NCBI GenBank assembly: GCA_963763775.1
Contig: CAVXPZ010000003.1
Location: 192,001-256,000, forward strand
Direction: 5' to 3'
DNA: 64,000 nucleotides
Source: an uncultured Chloroflexia bacterium
GTDB taxonomy: Bacteria > Chloroflexota > Limnocylindria > Limnocylindrales > CSP1-4
The position numbers were made by a program, and so were the translations under genes. The number at the start of each line of letters is the position of its first letter. Position 1 is the stretch's first letter. This document shows positions 52,711 through 64,000 of this stretch, piece after piece. The notes under the pieces were generated by a model. It saw nothing but the letters and a program-made list of their open reading frames with translations. It searched no databases and was not told where the DNA came from.

Positions 52711-55371
52711 GTGAACGCGAAGCGCAGCGCCTCGATCCGCCGCCTCCTCGCCGACCTTCGACAGCCCGATACCCGCGGCGACGCGGTCCGTCGCGTGCGC
52801 CGCCGGAGCGCCAGGATGATCGGCGGGCCGGGTGCGACGGCCGCCGGGGACCAGAGCCCGACGCGCATCCCCCGAGGCGGTGCGGCAGGCCCGTCGCGAC
52901 GCCGCGTTGGCGACCTTCGCCGACGCGATCGCCCGTGGCGAGCCATTGGAGCGCGCCGTGCCGACGACGGTGTCGGCCATGGTCGACACCGGAGACTGGA
53001 CCGTCGCGAACTCGGCCTGGGCGCTCGCCGAAGGCGTCGGCCGCTGGGCGGACGGTGCGACCGCGTCGGCCCTCGGGCACGGCGTGCTCCTCCATCGACG
53101 CCGCCAGTTCGATCGCGCCTGGACGGTGCTGTCCGCCCTTGACGACGCGACGCTGACGACCCACGTCCCGGTCGAGGCCGTCGACGCCGCCCTCGCGGCC
53201 GGGACGCCCGAGGCGCGGCGGCGGGCGCTCACGATCGGCTCCGCGACGGCGGAGATGACCGCCGAGACCCTCGTCGACCTGGCCGGTCGGTTCCTCGCGG
53301 CCGGGGAGCGCGAGCACGCGGCGACGCTCATGACCGACCTGCGTGGCCGCCCCGACGCCGATCTCGACGAGCCGCGGCGCCACTCGCGCTCGCTCATCGA
53401 GCGCTGGCTCGCGAACGCGCCGAGTGCGACGTCCCGACGGGTCGATCCCCGTCGCCGTCATGGACTACCGCACGCCGGATCCGGCGCGCACGTCCGGCAC
53501 GACGGGCGAGTACATCGAGTCGTTGTCGGTCCTCGCCGACCTCGCCCGCCGGACCGGCCTCCGGTTCACGGGTGACGATGGACTCGGCCCGTTCGCGACC
53601 GAGCTCCAGGGGCGCGTGCGCCCCGACCTGCGGTCACCGGGGCCGGCGGCGGCGGTCCACCTCGTCGGGGTCGACCGCGATTTCAGCAGCGCGACGCGAC
53701 GTTCCCGAGGGGACGTGGCTGGTGGCTGCGGGGTCGCACATGTCCTCGCTGTTCCAGCAGCGCATCGACTTCCCGTACCACCCGAACATCCGGCCCGTCT
53801 TCATCTCCTTCCACGTGGATCGGCTGGAGATGCTCAGCGAGGCGGCGCTGGCGTACCTGCGGCAGTACGGGCCGGTCGGCTGCCGGGACTGGAACACCGT
53901 GTTCCTGCTCCTGAGCGCCGGGGTCGAGGCGTTCTTCAGCGGCTGCGTCACGACCACGGTGGACGCCATCTTCCCGGCCCGCTCGAGCGTCCGACGCGAC
54001 ACGGGGGTCGTCGGGTTGATCGACCTGCCCCGTCCGCCGGCCGGCATCGGGACCGGCAAGACGCGCGATCTACCATCACGAGGACGAGACGGATCTCGGC
54101 GTGCCGCTGGTCGACGGCCTCCGAGGGGCGAGCGAGCGGCTCGCGACGTACGAGCGGGACCTGGACCGCGCGGTCACGGGGCGGCTTGATGTCGTATCTG
54201 CCCCTCACCGCGCTGGGGATCCCGGTCGACTTCCAGCCGTCGAGCCCGGGCGACGCGTCGTACGCCGGCCTGACCGGCCTGCAGCCCCGGCGACGCGAGG
54301 CTCGAGGCGATGCGGTCTCGGCATCCGGGATCTGATCGGCACCGTCTTCGAGCCGGTGCTGGCCGGCGCGCCGGAGGCGGAGGTCTACGCGGCGTGGCGG
54401 GACCGCACGCGGGAGCCTGGTCGTCGAGGCGCGAGCCAGGTTCGAGGCCCCGATCGTCGAGGAGCCGACGACCATCGACGTCGCGGCTGCCATCGCGCCG
54501 AGCCTGGCCGGCCGTCGCCGCTCCGGGCCGCACGACCAGGTGGATGGCCGACTCGGTGACGGACATCGTGCTGGCGTTCGACCAGAACCTGCTGTGGCCG
54601 GCCGCGGTCCTCGTCGAGTCGTTGCTGGCCAACGCGTCGGGCGCGATCCGCCTGTGGGTCCTCGGGCGAGGACTGCCCGATGCGTACCAGACGTGGCTGG
54701 GCGAGGCGTTCCCCGCCCTGCCGATCACCTTCCTCCCGTGCGACAAGATCACGTACGGACCGTCCGGTCGCCCGCGCCGGATCCCGCTCCGCATCACGAT
54801 CTCCACGATGGATCGCCTGCTGCTGCCGGCGATGCTCGATGACGTCGACCGCGTGACGTACCTCGACGTCGACACGCTGATGCTCGATGACGTGTGCCGC
54901 CTCGCGGCCGTCGACCTCGAGGGCCGACCGATCGCCGCCCGTGATTCGACCGTCACGGAGACCAGCGAGTGGCGTCGGGCAGGGCGCCATCTCGCGGAAG
55001 CCGAGGCCACGGACCTCCGGCGGGGCATGCTCCTCCGCCACGGTCACGGGTCCGCCGCCCTCAATGCCGGCGTCCTGGTCATGGACCTCGAGCGGATGCG
55101 GCGCGACGACTTCACCGCGACCGCGCTGGCGCGGATCGAGCAGTACGGCCTCAACGACCAGGACAGCATGCTGGCCTACGTCGGGCCGGACCGCCACGTC
55201 CTCGACCCGCGCTGGAACGCGCTGCCGTTCCTCGAGGACGTCCGCGACCCGAGCCTCATCCACTGGGCGAGCCTCGGCAAGCCGTGGGAGCCCGAGTCGA
55301 CGTACGGACAGGACCGCTGGCGGACCTACGCGGATCGGCTCCGCGACCGAGCCGGGGTGCCGCCGGCCTAG
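52711..55371 (+). CDS. Large multidomain glycosyltransferase: helical N-terminus + pyruvyltransferase-like domain + GT8 (five or more frameshifts)
   Basis: Fragments joined across ORFs; PVGCRDWNT...FFSGCVTTT in the middle; C-terminal TMDRLLLP, YLDVD, LNAGVLVMDL, LNDQD, WN, IHWASLGKPW. Confidence 0.78.
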
Positions 55372-56698
55372 CCGGGACCGGCCTTGGCCGCCGGGGCGCC
55401 CGCGATGTCGGCGTAGGCCGAGATGTCCCAGCGGTGGCTGAAGTACGGGTCGGGCACGCGCCAGCCCGCACCGTAGAGGCGCTCGAGGTAGACCTCGGGC
55501 TGGGCGGGGATCGCGCACGGGACACCGAGCAGGTCCGCCGAGGTCGGCGGGAAGACGATGTCCCGCGTCAGCGCCCCGCGAGCGCCTGGATACCACGCGA
55601 TCGCCTCGCCCTCGAAGATGCCGACGAACACGTCGACGCGCTTGCGGCCGGGCCGACGGACGTGTCGATGGGCCGCGAACGCACCCGTGACGTCGTAGCC
55701 GAGTGGGCGCAGGTGGTCCTCCACCAGGCGGAGGGCGTCGGTCAGCGTCGGCGCCGCCGTCGGCTCGAAGCCGATGATGATGTCCAGGTCGTCGTCGTGC
55801 GGGATGAGCGCCTTGTCGCGCACCACCGAGAGCACGGACCCGAACCCGAGGCAGACATCGGGCGGTGAGGGAGCGGAGGGACTCGACGACGTCCGCGCTG
55901 TCGCGCACGTAGTCCTCCCGTTCGGCCGCGCTCCACGACCGGAAGGGACGCTGCGGACCGTGGACGGTCCACTCGAGTCCGCGGGCGGGAAGCAGCACCT
56001 GGTTGACGGCCGCGCGGAACGCACGACGCTGACCTTCGTCCGACACCTTGGAAGCCAGGGTTCGATGGGCACGGGCGTAGTCACCCCGAACGGTCAGGTC
56101 GAGCACCTGGAGCAGCGCGGCCGTCTGTGCTTCGGTCGAGGCCGTGGCCTTGGCCCGACCGAGCTGCGCCTTCCAGGCCCGCGCCTGTCCGCTGGCGTCA
56201 TAGAGCACCCGAGACCGCCACCGGGTCTTGGCCGAGATCCGGAGTCCGCTCAGCCTCCGCGGCGGTCTCCGCGGACACGTTCCGCAGGCGCAGCCGGGTC
56301 AACGTCAGCGGGCGGGCGAAGCGGAGCTCGACCCAGCCCGGTCGATCGGCCCGGGTTCGGATGAGCGTCCCGGTCGGCCGGTCGAGATCGAACAACCTCG
56401 CCGGGAGGAACGCGGCCTCGAGGTCGCCGTCCCAGCTGCTCGCCACGACCGTGGCCAGGGCGGCGACGTCGTCCGCGTCCCCGGCGTCGATCGCGATCGA
56501 CTGGAGCTGCAGGGACCGACCGGTCGGGACGTCGAGTCGAAGCGCAAGGACCCCGCTCGCCTCCAGGGCCAGATCAAGCAGGCCGTCGGGCGCGACATAG
56601 CCAAGGTCGACGAAGCTCGTCTCGGCGACGCGGAGGAGGTCGTCGACGGTCGCGTCGAGGGCCACGGCCTCGCCCGCGGCCGCGGGACTCGCCGTCAC
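55368..56698 (-). CDS. LicD-family nucleotidyltransferase-like protein with N-terminal beta domain (frameshifts near 56250 and 55860)
   Basis: FGSVLSVVRDKALIPHDDDLDI, VDVF, YLERLYGAGWRVPDP; N-terminal WVELRFARPLTLTRLRLRN is discoidin-like. Confidence 0.78.
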
Positions 56699-56714
56699 GC
56701 GCGCGTCGCGCCGG

Positions 56715-57385
56715 TCACGACGGATGCCGTCGGAAGATCGTCCGGGCGACGTAGGCGTCGTCCTGGCGGTACTTGGCGAACCCGAACCCCTCGACGGCGT
56801 AGGTCACGTCGAAGCCCCGCGCCCAGGGCACGGGCCTCGAACGCGGCCGGCAGCACGAACCGCCGGTAGTGCGTCGCGGTCGACCTTGGCGCCGCTCAGG
56901 TCACGCACGGTCCGGTACTCGACCGCGAGGAGGTCACCCGGGTCGGTGATGGCCGCCGCCAGGTCGAGCAGGCTGACCTCCTCGGCCTCCGTGATCGCGT
57001 GGACGAAGAACCTCGCATAGACGATCCGCGGCGCCACGTCGCCCCGGACCTTCGCGGCGAGCCCCGGCTCCTCGATGCGGGCGACGAGGAACGAGGCGGT
57101 CTCGCCGAGGGTCTCCGCGAGCAGGCGGCACGCGTCGACGGCGGTGTGCGACGCATCGACGCCGATCACGTCGTGGCCGTAGCTGGCGAAGAACATCGCG
57201 TCCCGGCCGTCGCCGCAGCCCAACTCGATGACGCGATACCGCCGGTCGAGCTCGCCGGCGACGAAGGTCGCGAACTGCGACGGCAGCTTCCGGACCGGCG
57301 TGGCCCTGACGGCGTAGTAGTCGTCCCAATAGCCCGTGCGAGCGTCGCGCATCGCGTCGGTCAGGGTCGGATCGTCCTGGTCCAT
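56715..57385 (-). CDS. Class I SAM-dependent methyltransferase (frameshifts near 56880 and 56820)
   Basis: YWDDYY, PSQFA, IELGCGDGRDA, GVDAS, YARFFVHAI, HYRRF, EGFGFAKYRQDDAYVAR. Confidence 0.85.
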
Positions 57386-57473
57386 ACGGTCGAGAAGTCT
57401 ACCCGCTCGACCCTGCCCGGCCGTCCACCACCGTGGACTCGGCCCGATCCCGTCCGGAGCGTATCCTCCGTCC

Positions 57474-58667
57474 ATGTTGCGGATGGCGGTCGGGCACAGC
57501 GACGACGTCGACCTGGCGAGTGCGATGGAGGCCGTGTTCGCGACGTGCGAGGCGAGCCTCGCCGGGGCCGATGCCCACCGCCGGGCTCCTGTCGAGCGCC
57601 TGGGGCGTGGACCACCAGGTCGTGATCGACCTGGTGCGGGCTCGCTATCCGGGCATCGAGCTCGCCGGCGCGAGCAGCGCGGGCGAGATGACCTCGTGCC
57701 TGGGCTTCCGCGAGGACTCGGTCGCCTTGGCGCTGTTCGCGTCGGACACCATCGACATCGTGGTCGGGCTCGGGCGCGACCTCAAGGAGGGGCCGCTGGC
57801 CGCGGCGCGTCAGGCCGTCGCCGAGGCCACGGCCAAGACCACGCTTCCGCCGCGGCTGTGCGTCGTGCTCTCGACGATCGGCGGCGTGGAGGCCGGCGTG
57901 ATGCTCGGGGCCCTGCGGTCCGCGCTCGGCGACGGCGTGCCGATCATCGGCGGCGGCGCCGCGCCGCGCGATCCCAGCACGGAGGGCGACGGCGCGAGCA
58001 GTCGCGAGTTCGCCGGCGACGCGCTCACCGGCGACGCCCTGGTCATCCTGTTGTTCGCGGGGCCGGTGGCGTTCTCCTTCGGCGTCGAGACCGGCTGGCG
58101 CGGCGTCGGCCCTCGAGCCACGATCACCCGGGTCTCGGACGCCGGCGTGATGGAGATCGACGGCCGACCGGCGCTCGACTTCTATGAGCGATACGTGGGC
58201 GCCGGCCAGCCGCCGATCGCCAACCCGCTCGCGGTCTTCGAGGGGTCGGACTCGGACCGCTTCTACCTCCGGACGCCGGTGCAGTACGACCGCGACGGCG
58301 GATCGATCGCGTTCTTCGGCGCGGTCCCGGAGGGCGCGACCGTCCAGCTGACGATGGCCGGCACGGACCAGATCTTCGAGGGGGCGAAGGCCTCATTCGC
58401 CGAGGCCCTGGCCGCGTTCCCGAGCGGCGACAAGCCCGACGGGGCGCTGCTCTTCTCGTGCGCCACGCGCAAGTTCCTCCTGGGGACGCGTGCAGGTCGC
58501 GAGATCGAGATCGCGCGCGACGTCCTGGGCGACGCGCTGCCGATCAGCGGGCTCTACTGCATGGGCGAGATCGCCCCGATGGCCGACGCCGATGGGACGC
58601 GATTCCACAACGCCACGATGGTCTCGGTCCTGCTCGGGTGCGCCCCGGCAGACGAGGTCGCACCCGC

Positions 58668-58671
<4 letters not shown>
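57474..58671 (+). CDS. FIST_N + FIST_C signal-transduction protein (NosP-like; frameshift near 57575)
   Basis: MLRMAVGHS, GASSAGE, PIIGGGA, GWRGVG, EIDGRPA, VPEGATVQL, FSCATR, GLYCMGEI, FHNAT; TATCCT 6 nt upstream. Confidence 0.88.
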
Positions 58672-59477
<806 letters not shown>

Positions 59478-59485
59478 GCCGACCA

Positions 59486-59590
59486 TCAGTCCGGCGGGAT
59501 GTTGTGGTTGAGGCGGAACAGGTTTTCCGGGTCGTACTTCCGTTTGAGGGCGATCAGTCGATCGAGCTTCTCGGCGCCGTAGATCGCCAT
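59486..59590 (-). pseudogene. C-terminal remnant (BBE domain) of an FAD-linked oxidase
   Basis: AIYGAEKLDRLIALKRKYDPENLFRLNHNIPPD*; no FAD-binding domain upstream, and the fragment stops where the tandem duplication begins. Confidence 0.75.
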
Positions 59591-60869
59591 CGTCAAGCCG
59601 ACTGACGCGCCTGGGCGGTGACGTCCTGCAACAGCGCGACGGGCCGGGCGACGAGCCGATGATCGGCCGTCAGCGACAGGCGTCGCGCCTCACGCGGCGT
59701 CCGTCTCGTCGTCGATGATCGGTGGGTCGTCGAGACGGACGATCCAGCGCCAGATGCCAGACCAGTCGAGGATCAGGCCGACCGCGATCGCCATCATCGG
59801 CACCACCGCGATCAGCCAGCGGTCTTCCTTCAGCTTGATGACGAACGTCGACGCGACTGCCGCGGCCACATAGAGGATCGGCACCCAGGCGATCAACGGC
59901 AAGCGTCGACGGCGGGCCACGGCCACGACAGCGGTCACAAGGAACGCCCCGCCGAGCAGGATCCCGACGATGTCCGATGCGATCGTCCGGACCCACGTCC
60001 GAAGCGGGATGTAGAAGCGCTTGTCCCAGGCGCTGTTGCCGCCGACCGAGTTCGTCCAGCGACCGATGATGCGGTGGAATGGGTCCGGATCGTGCCATGC
60101 GGCGAATGCGAGCCAAGCGAAGAACGCCGCTGGGGCCGGGATCGCGACGATCGCGGCTTTTCGGAAGCCGCGTCGGATCAGCGCGTAGACCACGGCGATC
60201 GCCCAGAACGCGAACGCGATCTCCTTGAGCATCACCGCAACGGCGATCAGGAGTCCAGCGGCGAACCATCGCTCATGGAGGAGGCAATAGAGGGCCAGCA
60301 CCAAGGCCAGGCACATCGGCACTTCCATGCGGACGAACCAGGAGAACGTCAGGAAGTACGGATTCGAGGCGAGGAGGAGCCCAGCGATCACGCCGGCAGC
60401 CGTGCCGCGTACCTCGTAGACGATCGCGAACGCCGCGATCACCGTCGCCAAGCCGAGTGATGCGCTGAGCGCACGCGACATCCAGATCTCCGGTCCGGTG
60501 CCGAAGATCGACAGCGGAGCGATGAGGTAGGCGTACAGGGGCGTGTGGTCGAGGAAGAGCTGCTGGGTCGCCACGTGGTAGGTCCGCTCGGGCAGGCCGG
60601 TTCGGAGCACGCCCTGGCCGATGTCCAGGAAGATGTGCTCGTCGTAGTTCGGACTGCGGAACGCGAGGACCTGCCAAGCGATGCCGTACAGGTAGATCGC
60701 CGCGATCGGCAGTAGCAGCAGGGCCACGGACCGGCGGTCGGCGCGCACCAGGTCGGCGAATGACCGCCCGATCAGGGGCTCCGATCGCACGCTGCTGAGG
60801 CTGGGTCGCGGCATCCGCGGAAGTGTACGAGGCCGGGCGTCGTCCGAGATCACCTACGCTCGGCGTCGG
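59590..60869. repeat. Tandem duplication unit, copy 1 (~1.28 kb)
   Basis: Starts TCGTCAAGCCGAC, ends ACCTACGCTCGGCGTCGG; near-identical to 60924-62191. Confidence 0.95.
59690..60814 (-). CDS. GT-C glycosyltransferase family 39 (ArnT/PMT_2-like), copy 1
   Basis: Multi-TM; PNYDEHIF, DHTPLYAYL, SRALSA, VRMEV, MLKE, EDRWLI; TACACT 7 nt upstream of ATG 60814. Confidence 0.85.
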   Translation of the reverse strand: MPRPSLSSVRSEPLIGRSFADLVRADRRSVALLLLPIAAIYLYGIAWQVLAFRSPNYDEHIFLDIGQGVLRTGLPERTYHVATQQLFLDHTPLYAYLIAPLSIFGTGPEIWMSRALSASLGLATVIAAFAIVYEVRGTAAGVIAGLLLASNPYFLTFSWFVRMEVPMCLALVLALYCLLHERWFAAGLLIAVAVMLKEIAFAFWAIAVVYALIRRGFRKAAIVAIPAPAAFFAWLAFAAWHDPDPFHRIIGRWTNSVGGNSAWDKRFYIPLRTWVRTIASDIVGILLGGAFLVTAVVAVARRRRLPLIAWVPILYVAAAVASTFVIKLKEDRWLIAVVPMMAIAVGLILDWSGIWRWIVRLDDPPIIDDETDAA

Positions 60870-60923
60870 CCGTGCCGCCGTCGTGTCGTGACGCGGGTCA
60901 GCCCCTCCACAGCCCGGATCGGG

Positions 60924-62191
60924 TCGTCAAGCCGACGACGCGCCTGGGCGGTGACGTCCTGCAACAGCGCGACGGGCCGGGCGCGAGCCGACGATCGGCT
61001 GCGCGGGGTCGCACCTCACGCGGCGTCCATCTCGTCGTCGAGATCGGTGGATCGTGAGATGGACGATCCAGCGCCAGATGCCTGTCCAGTCGAGCATCAG
61101 GCCGACCGCGATCGCCATCATCGGCACCACCGCGATCAGCCAGCGGTCTTCCTTCAACTTGATGACGAACGTCGACGCGACTGCCGCGGCCACATAGAGG
61201 ATCGGCACCCAGGCGATCAACGGCAAGCGTCGACGGCGGGCCACCGCCACGACGGCCGTCACAAGGAACACCCCGCCGAGGAGGATCCCGACGATGTTCG
61301 AAGCGATCGTCCGGACCCACGTCCGGAGCGGGATGTAGAAGCGTTTGTCCCAGGCGCTGTTGCCGCCGACCGAGTTGGTCCAGCGCCCGATGATGCGGTG
61401 GAATGGGTCGGGATCGTGCCATGCGGCGAATGCGAGCCAAGCGAAGAACGCCGCTGGGGCCGGGATCGCGACGATCGCGGCTTTTCGGAAGCCGCGTCGG
61501 ATCAGCGCGTAGACCACGGCGATCGCCCAGAACGCGAACGCGATCTCCTTGAGCATCACCGCAACCGCGATCAGGAGTCCAGCGGCGAACCATCGCTCAT
61601 GGAGGAGGCAATAGAGGGCCAGCACCAAGGCCAGACACATCGGCACTTCCATGCGGACGAACCAGGAGAACGTCAAGAAGTACGGATTCGAGGCGAGGAG
61701 GAGCCCAGCGATCACGCCGGCAGCCGTGCCGCGTACCTCGTAGACGATCGCGAACGCCGCGATCACCGTCGCCAAGCCGAGTGATGCGCTGAGCGCACGC
61801 GACATCCAGATCTCCGGTCCGGTGCCGAAGATCGACAGCGGAGCGATGAGGTAGGCGTACAGGGGCGTGTGGTCGAGGAAGAGCTGCTGGGTCGCCACGT
61901 GGTAGGTCCGCTCGGGCAGGCCGGTTCGGAGCACGCCCTGGCCGATGTCCAGGAAGATGTGTTCGTCGTAGTTCGGACTGCGGAACGCGAGGACCTGCCA
62001 AGCGATGCCGTACAGGTAGATCGCCCGATCGGCAGTAGCAGCAGGGCCACGGACCGGCGGTCGGCGCGCAATAGGTCGGCGAATGACCGCCCGATCAGGG
62101 GCTCCGATCGCACGCTGCTGAGGCTGGGTCGCGGCATCCGCGGAAGTGTACGAGGCCGGGCGTCGTTCGAGATACCTACGCTCGGCGTCGG
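60924..62191. repeat. Tandem duplication unit, copy 2 (~1.27 kb)
   Basis: Same termini as copy 1; 54-nt unique spacer at 60870-60923. Confidence 0.95.
61016..62137 (-). CDS. GT-C glycosyltransferase family 39, copy 2 (indels near 62025 and 61040-61060)
   Basis: Core protein nearly identical to copy 1 with a few substitutions (D/N, A/V, I/M, S/T); indels may be errors or early decay. Confidence 0.75.
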
Positions 62192-62231
62192 ACCTCGTGG
62201 TGCGCGGTCCGACGACATGCTGACGTGTCTG

Positions 62232-62248
62232 GACCCGAGCCTCGGGTC
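62232..62248 (-). terminator. Hairpin immediately 3' of tRNA-Thr
   Basis: GACCCGAG-C-CTCGGGTC inverted repeat. Confidence 0.4.
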
Positions 62249-62255
62249 GGGGGAG

Positions 62256-62330
62256 TGGAGCCGACACTCGGATTTGAACCGAGGACCTGCTGTTTACGAA
62301 ACAGCTGCTCTACCGCTGAGCTATGTCGGC
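62256..62330 (-). tRNA. tRNA-Thr (anticodon CGT)
   Basis: Reverse complement GCCGACATAGCTCAGCGGTAGAGCAGCTGT-TTCGTAA-ACAGCAGGTCCTCGGTTCAAATCCGAGTGTCGGCTCCA; TATACT 9 nt upstream. Confidence 0.97.
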
Positions 62331-62391
62331 GCGATGGCGAGTATAGGCGAAGGCCTTCCGGGGAGGCATCGAGCCGGGCTCGGGCGAGCCG

Positions 62392-63075
62392 TCAGCCGGC
62401 GGTCATGATCCGCTCGAGACCGTCCAGGATCAGGTCGAGTCCGAACTCGAAGTCGCGGATGTCGTCGCCGAGCGACGGGTCGAGATGCTGCTGCACGTGC
62501 TCGGCGAGGAACGGGAACTCGTCGGCGGACAGCATCTGCAGGAACCTCGGGGTGAAGTCGGCGACCTTCGCGGCCTCGACCGCGTATCCGGCCTCCCACA
62601 GCGTGTAGCCGAGGATGTGGCTGTCGAGCGCGTGATACGCGTGATCGGTCATCGCGGCGGAGAGCCCGGCGAGCCGCAGGCGGCGGAGGAGCCCCTCCAT
62701 GTACCGCAGGCGAGCCGGGCGCACGCGCGTCGGCGACATCATCAGCGCGCAGGCCCACGGGTGCTGCTCGAGCACGTCGTGGGCGGAGATCGCGCTCCGT
62801 CGCAGCGCCGTCTTCCAATCCCCATCGACCGCGGGCAGCTCGAACTCGCCGACGATGCGATCGACCATCCCGTCGAGGATGTCGTCCTTGTTCGCGACGT
62901 GGTGGTACAGGGACATCGCCTCGACGCCGAGCGCCTGGGCGAGCTTGCGCATGCTCAGCGAGTCCAGTCCGCCGGCATCGGCCATCAGGATCGCGGTCTC
63001 GAGGACGCGCTCGCGGGTCAATGGGATCCGCGCCTCCGTGCCGGGGTCCGGGCGAGTCGTCGGTGATGTCGTCAT
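62392..63075 (-). CDS. TetR/AcrR-family regulator with TetR_C domain
   Basis: LTRERVL...GLDSLSMRKLAQALGVEAMSLYHHVANKDDIL; C-terminal FEFGLDLILDGL. Confidence 0.93.
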   Translation of the reverse strand: MTTSPTTRPDPGTEARIPLTRERVLETAILMADAGGLDSLSMRKLAQALGVEAMSLYHHVANKDDILDGMVDRIVGEFELPAVDGDWKTALRRSAISAHDVLEQHPWACALMMSPTRVRPARLRYMEGLLRRLRLAGLSAAMTDHAYHALDSHILGYTLWEAGYAVEAAKVADFTPRFLQMLSADEFPFLAEHVQQHLDPSLGDDIRDFEFGLDLILDGLERIMTAG

Positions 63076-63113
63076 CGTCTCCTGGTCGTCTTCTGGGCCG
63101 GGGCCGTCAGGTC

Positions 63114-63172
63114 TTGACAACCTTACGGTGTATGGCTATGGTCCGTCCACCAACCAACCTTACAACGTATGG
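63114..63172 (+). promoter_or_regulatory. Sigma70 promoter with two putative TetR operators
   Basis: TTGACA (63114-63119) - 17 nt - TATGGT (63137-63142); AACCTTAC-N3-GTATGG at 63119-63135 and 63156-63172. Confidence 0.75.
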
Positions 63173-63268
63173 TGCATGATGGACCAGCCGACGACCACCC
63201 GACTCACCGATCCGTCGATCCGCCGAACGAGCCATGCCGGGGCCAGGTCGTTGGCGAACGAGAGGACC

Positions 63269-64000
63269 ATGCACGCGATCGTCCACGACCGATACGGCAC
63301 GCCCGATGTCCTGTCGCTCACCGACGTCGATCGGCCCGCGATCGCCGACGACGAGGTGCTGGTCCGTGTCCGCGCGGCGTCGGTCAACGCCCTGGACTCG
63401 CACCTGATGCGCGGAACGCCCTACATCATCCGGCTCACCGACGGGTTCCGGCGGCCGAAGCGACGCGTCGCCGGCGTCGACCTCGCGGGCGTCGTCGAGG
63501 CCGTCGGCAAGGACGTCACCGAGTTCCAGGCCGGCGACGAGGTCTTCGGCCAGCGCGGCGGGGCCTTCGCGGAGTACGTCAACGGCCGCGGCCGAGGCCT
63601 CGTGAAGAAGCCGGCGAACCTCGGGTTCGAGGCGGCCGCGGCGATCCCGGTCGCGGCGTCGACGGCCCTGCAGGCCATCCGTGACAAGGCCCGGGTCGAG
63701 CCCGGACAGCGGGTCCTCGTGATCGGGGCGGGCGGCGGTGTCGGCACGTTCGCGGTCCAGATCGCGAAGGACTACGGAGCACACGTCACCGCCGTGACCA
63801 GCACGGCGAACATCGAGCTCGTCCGCTCGATCGGCGCGGATCGCGTCATCGACTACGAGCGCGAGGACTTCGCGAGCGACGCGGCGCGGTACGACGCGAT
63901 CCTCGACATCGGCGGTCTGCGCTCGATGGGCGACCTTCGACGGATCCTGACGCCGACAGGCTCGATCGTGATCGTCGGCGCCCCGGACGGGAAGGTCCGG
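63269..64000 (+). CDS. NAD(P)-dependent MDR oxidoreductase (quinone reductase/ADH-like); runs off window edge
   Basis: MHAIVHDRYGTPDVL...VLVRVRAASVNALD...AGVDLAGVVEAVG...GAFAEY...VLVIGAGGGVGTFAVQIAK; in-frame alternative ATG at 63176. Confidence 0.9.
   Translation, partial: MHAIVHDRYGTPDVLSLTDVDRPAIADDEVLVRVRAASVNALDSHLMRGTPYIIRLTDGFRRPKRRVAGVDLAGVVEAVGKDVTEFQAGDEVFGQRGGAFAEYVNGRGRGLVKKPANLGFEAAAAIPVAASTALQAIRDKARVEPGQRVLVIGAGGGVGTFAVQIAKDYGAHVTAVTSTANIELVRSIGADRVIDYEREDFASDAARYDAILDIGGLRSMGDLRRILTPTGSIVIVGAPDGKVR

Overview
A very GC-rich chromosomal window of mostly housekeeping, envelope and signalling genes. Gene content and style suggest Chloroflexota, possibly Ca. Limnocylindria; this is inference only. 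About 18 genes are split by 1-2 nt indels, mostly in short homopolymers, so I read them as long-read assembly errors and re-joined the genes by hand. Recognisable content: tdh (partial), GH13, galU, a PASTA Ser/Thr kinase, folC-folP-folB, an mprA-mprB-pepD-like RR/HK/HtrA trio, rplY, LigC + Prim-PolC, DGPF + ECF42, MoxR-DUF58-vWA, a PCu(A)C-SCO-multicopper oxidase cluster, GT8/LicD/methyltransferase genes, a tandemly duplicated GT39 gene at the 3' end of tRNA-Thr(CGT), tRNA-Glu(TTC) and a TetR/MDR-oxidoreductase pair. No CRISPR array, rRNA, integrase or transposase is visible. Best candidates for undescribed biology: (1) a stand-alone FIST (NosP-like) protein translationally coupled to a sensor-less class III adenylyl cyclase; (2) three permease-less family-3 binding lipoproteins sharing four cysteines including CxxC, two of them directly upstream of a Cache-PAS hybrid kinase; (3) a peptidase S51-fold hydrolase fused to a CysRS C-terminal tRNA-binding-like domain; (4) a BldC/Xis-like regulator with 10-bp-period direct repeats and a membrane partner; (5) pervasive TAnnnT boxes 6-10 nt before start codons, suggesting leaderless transcripts.
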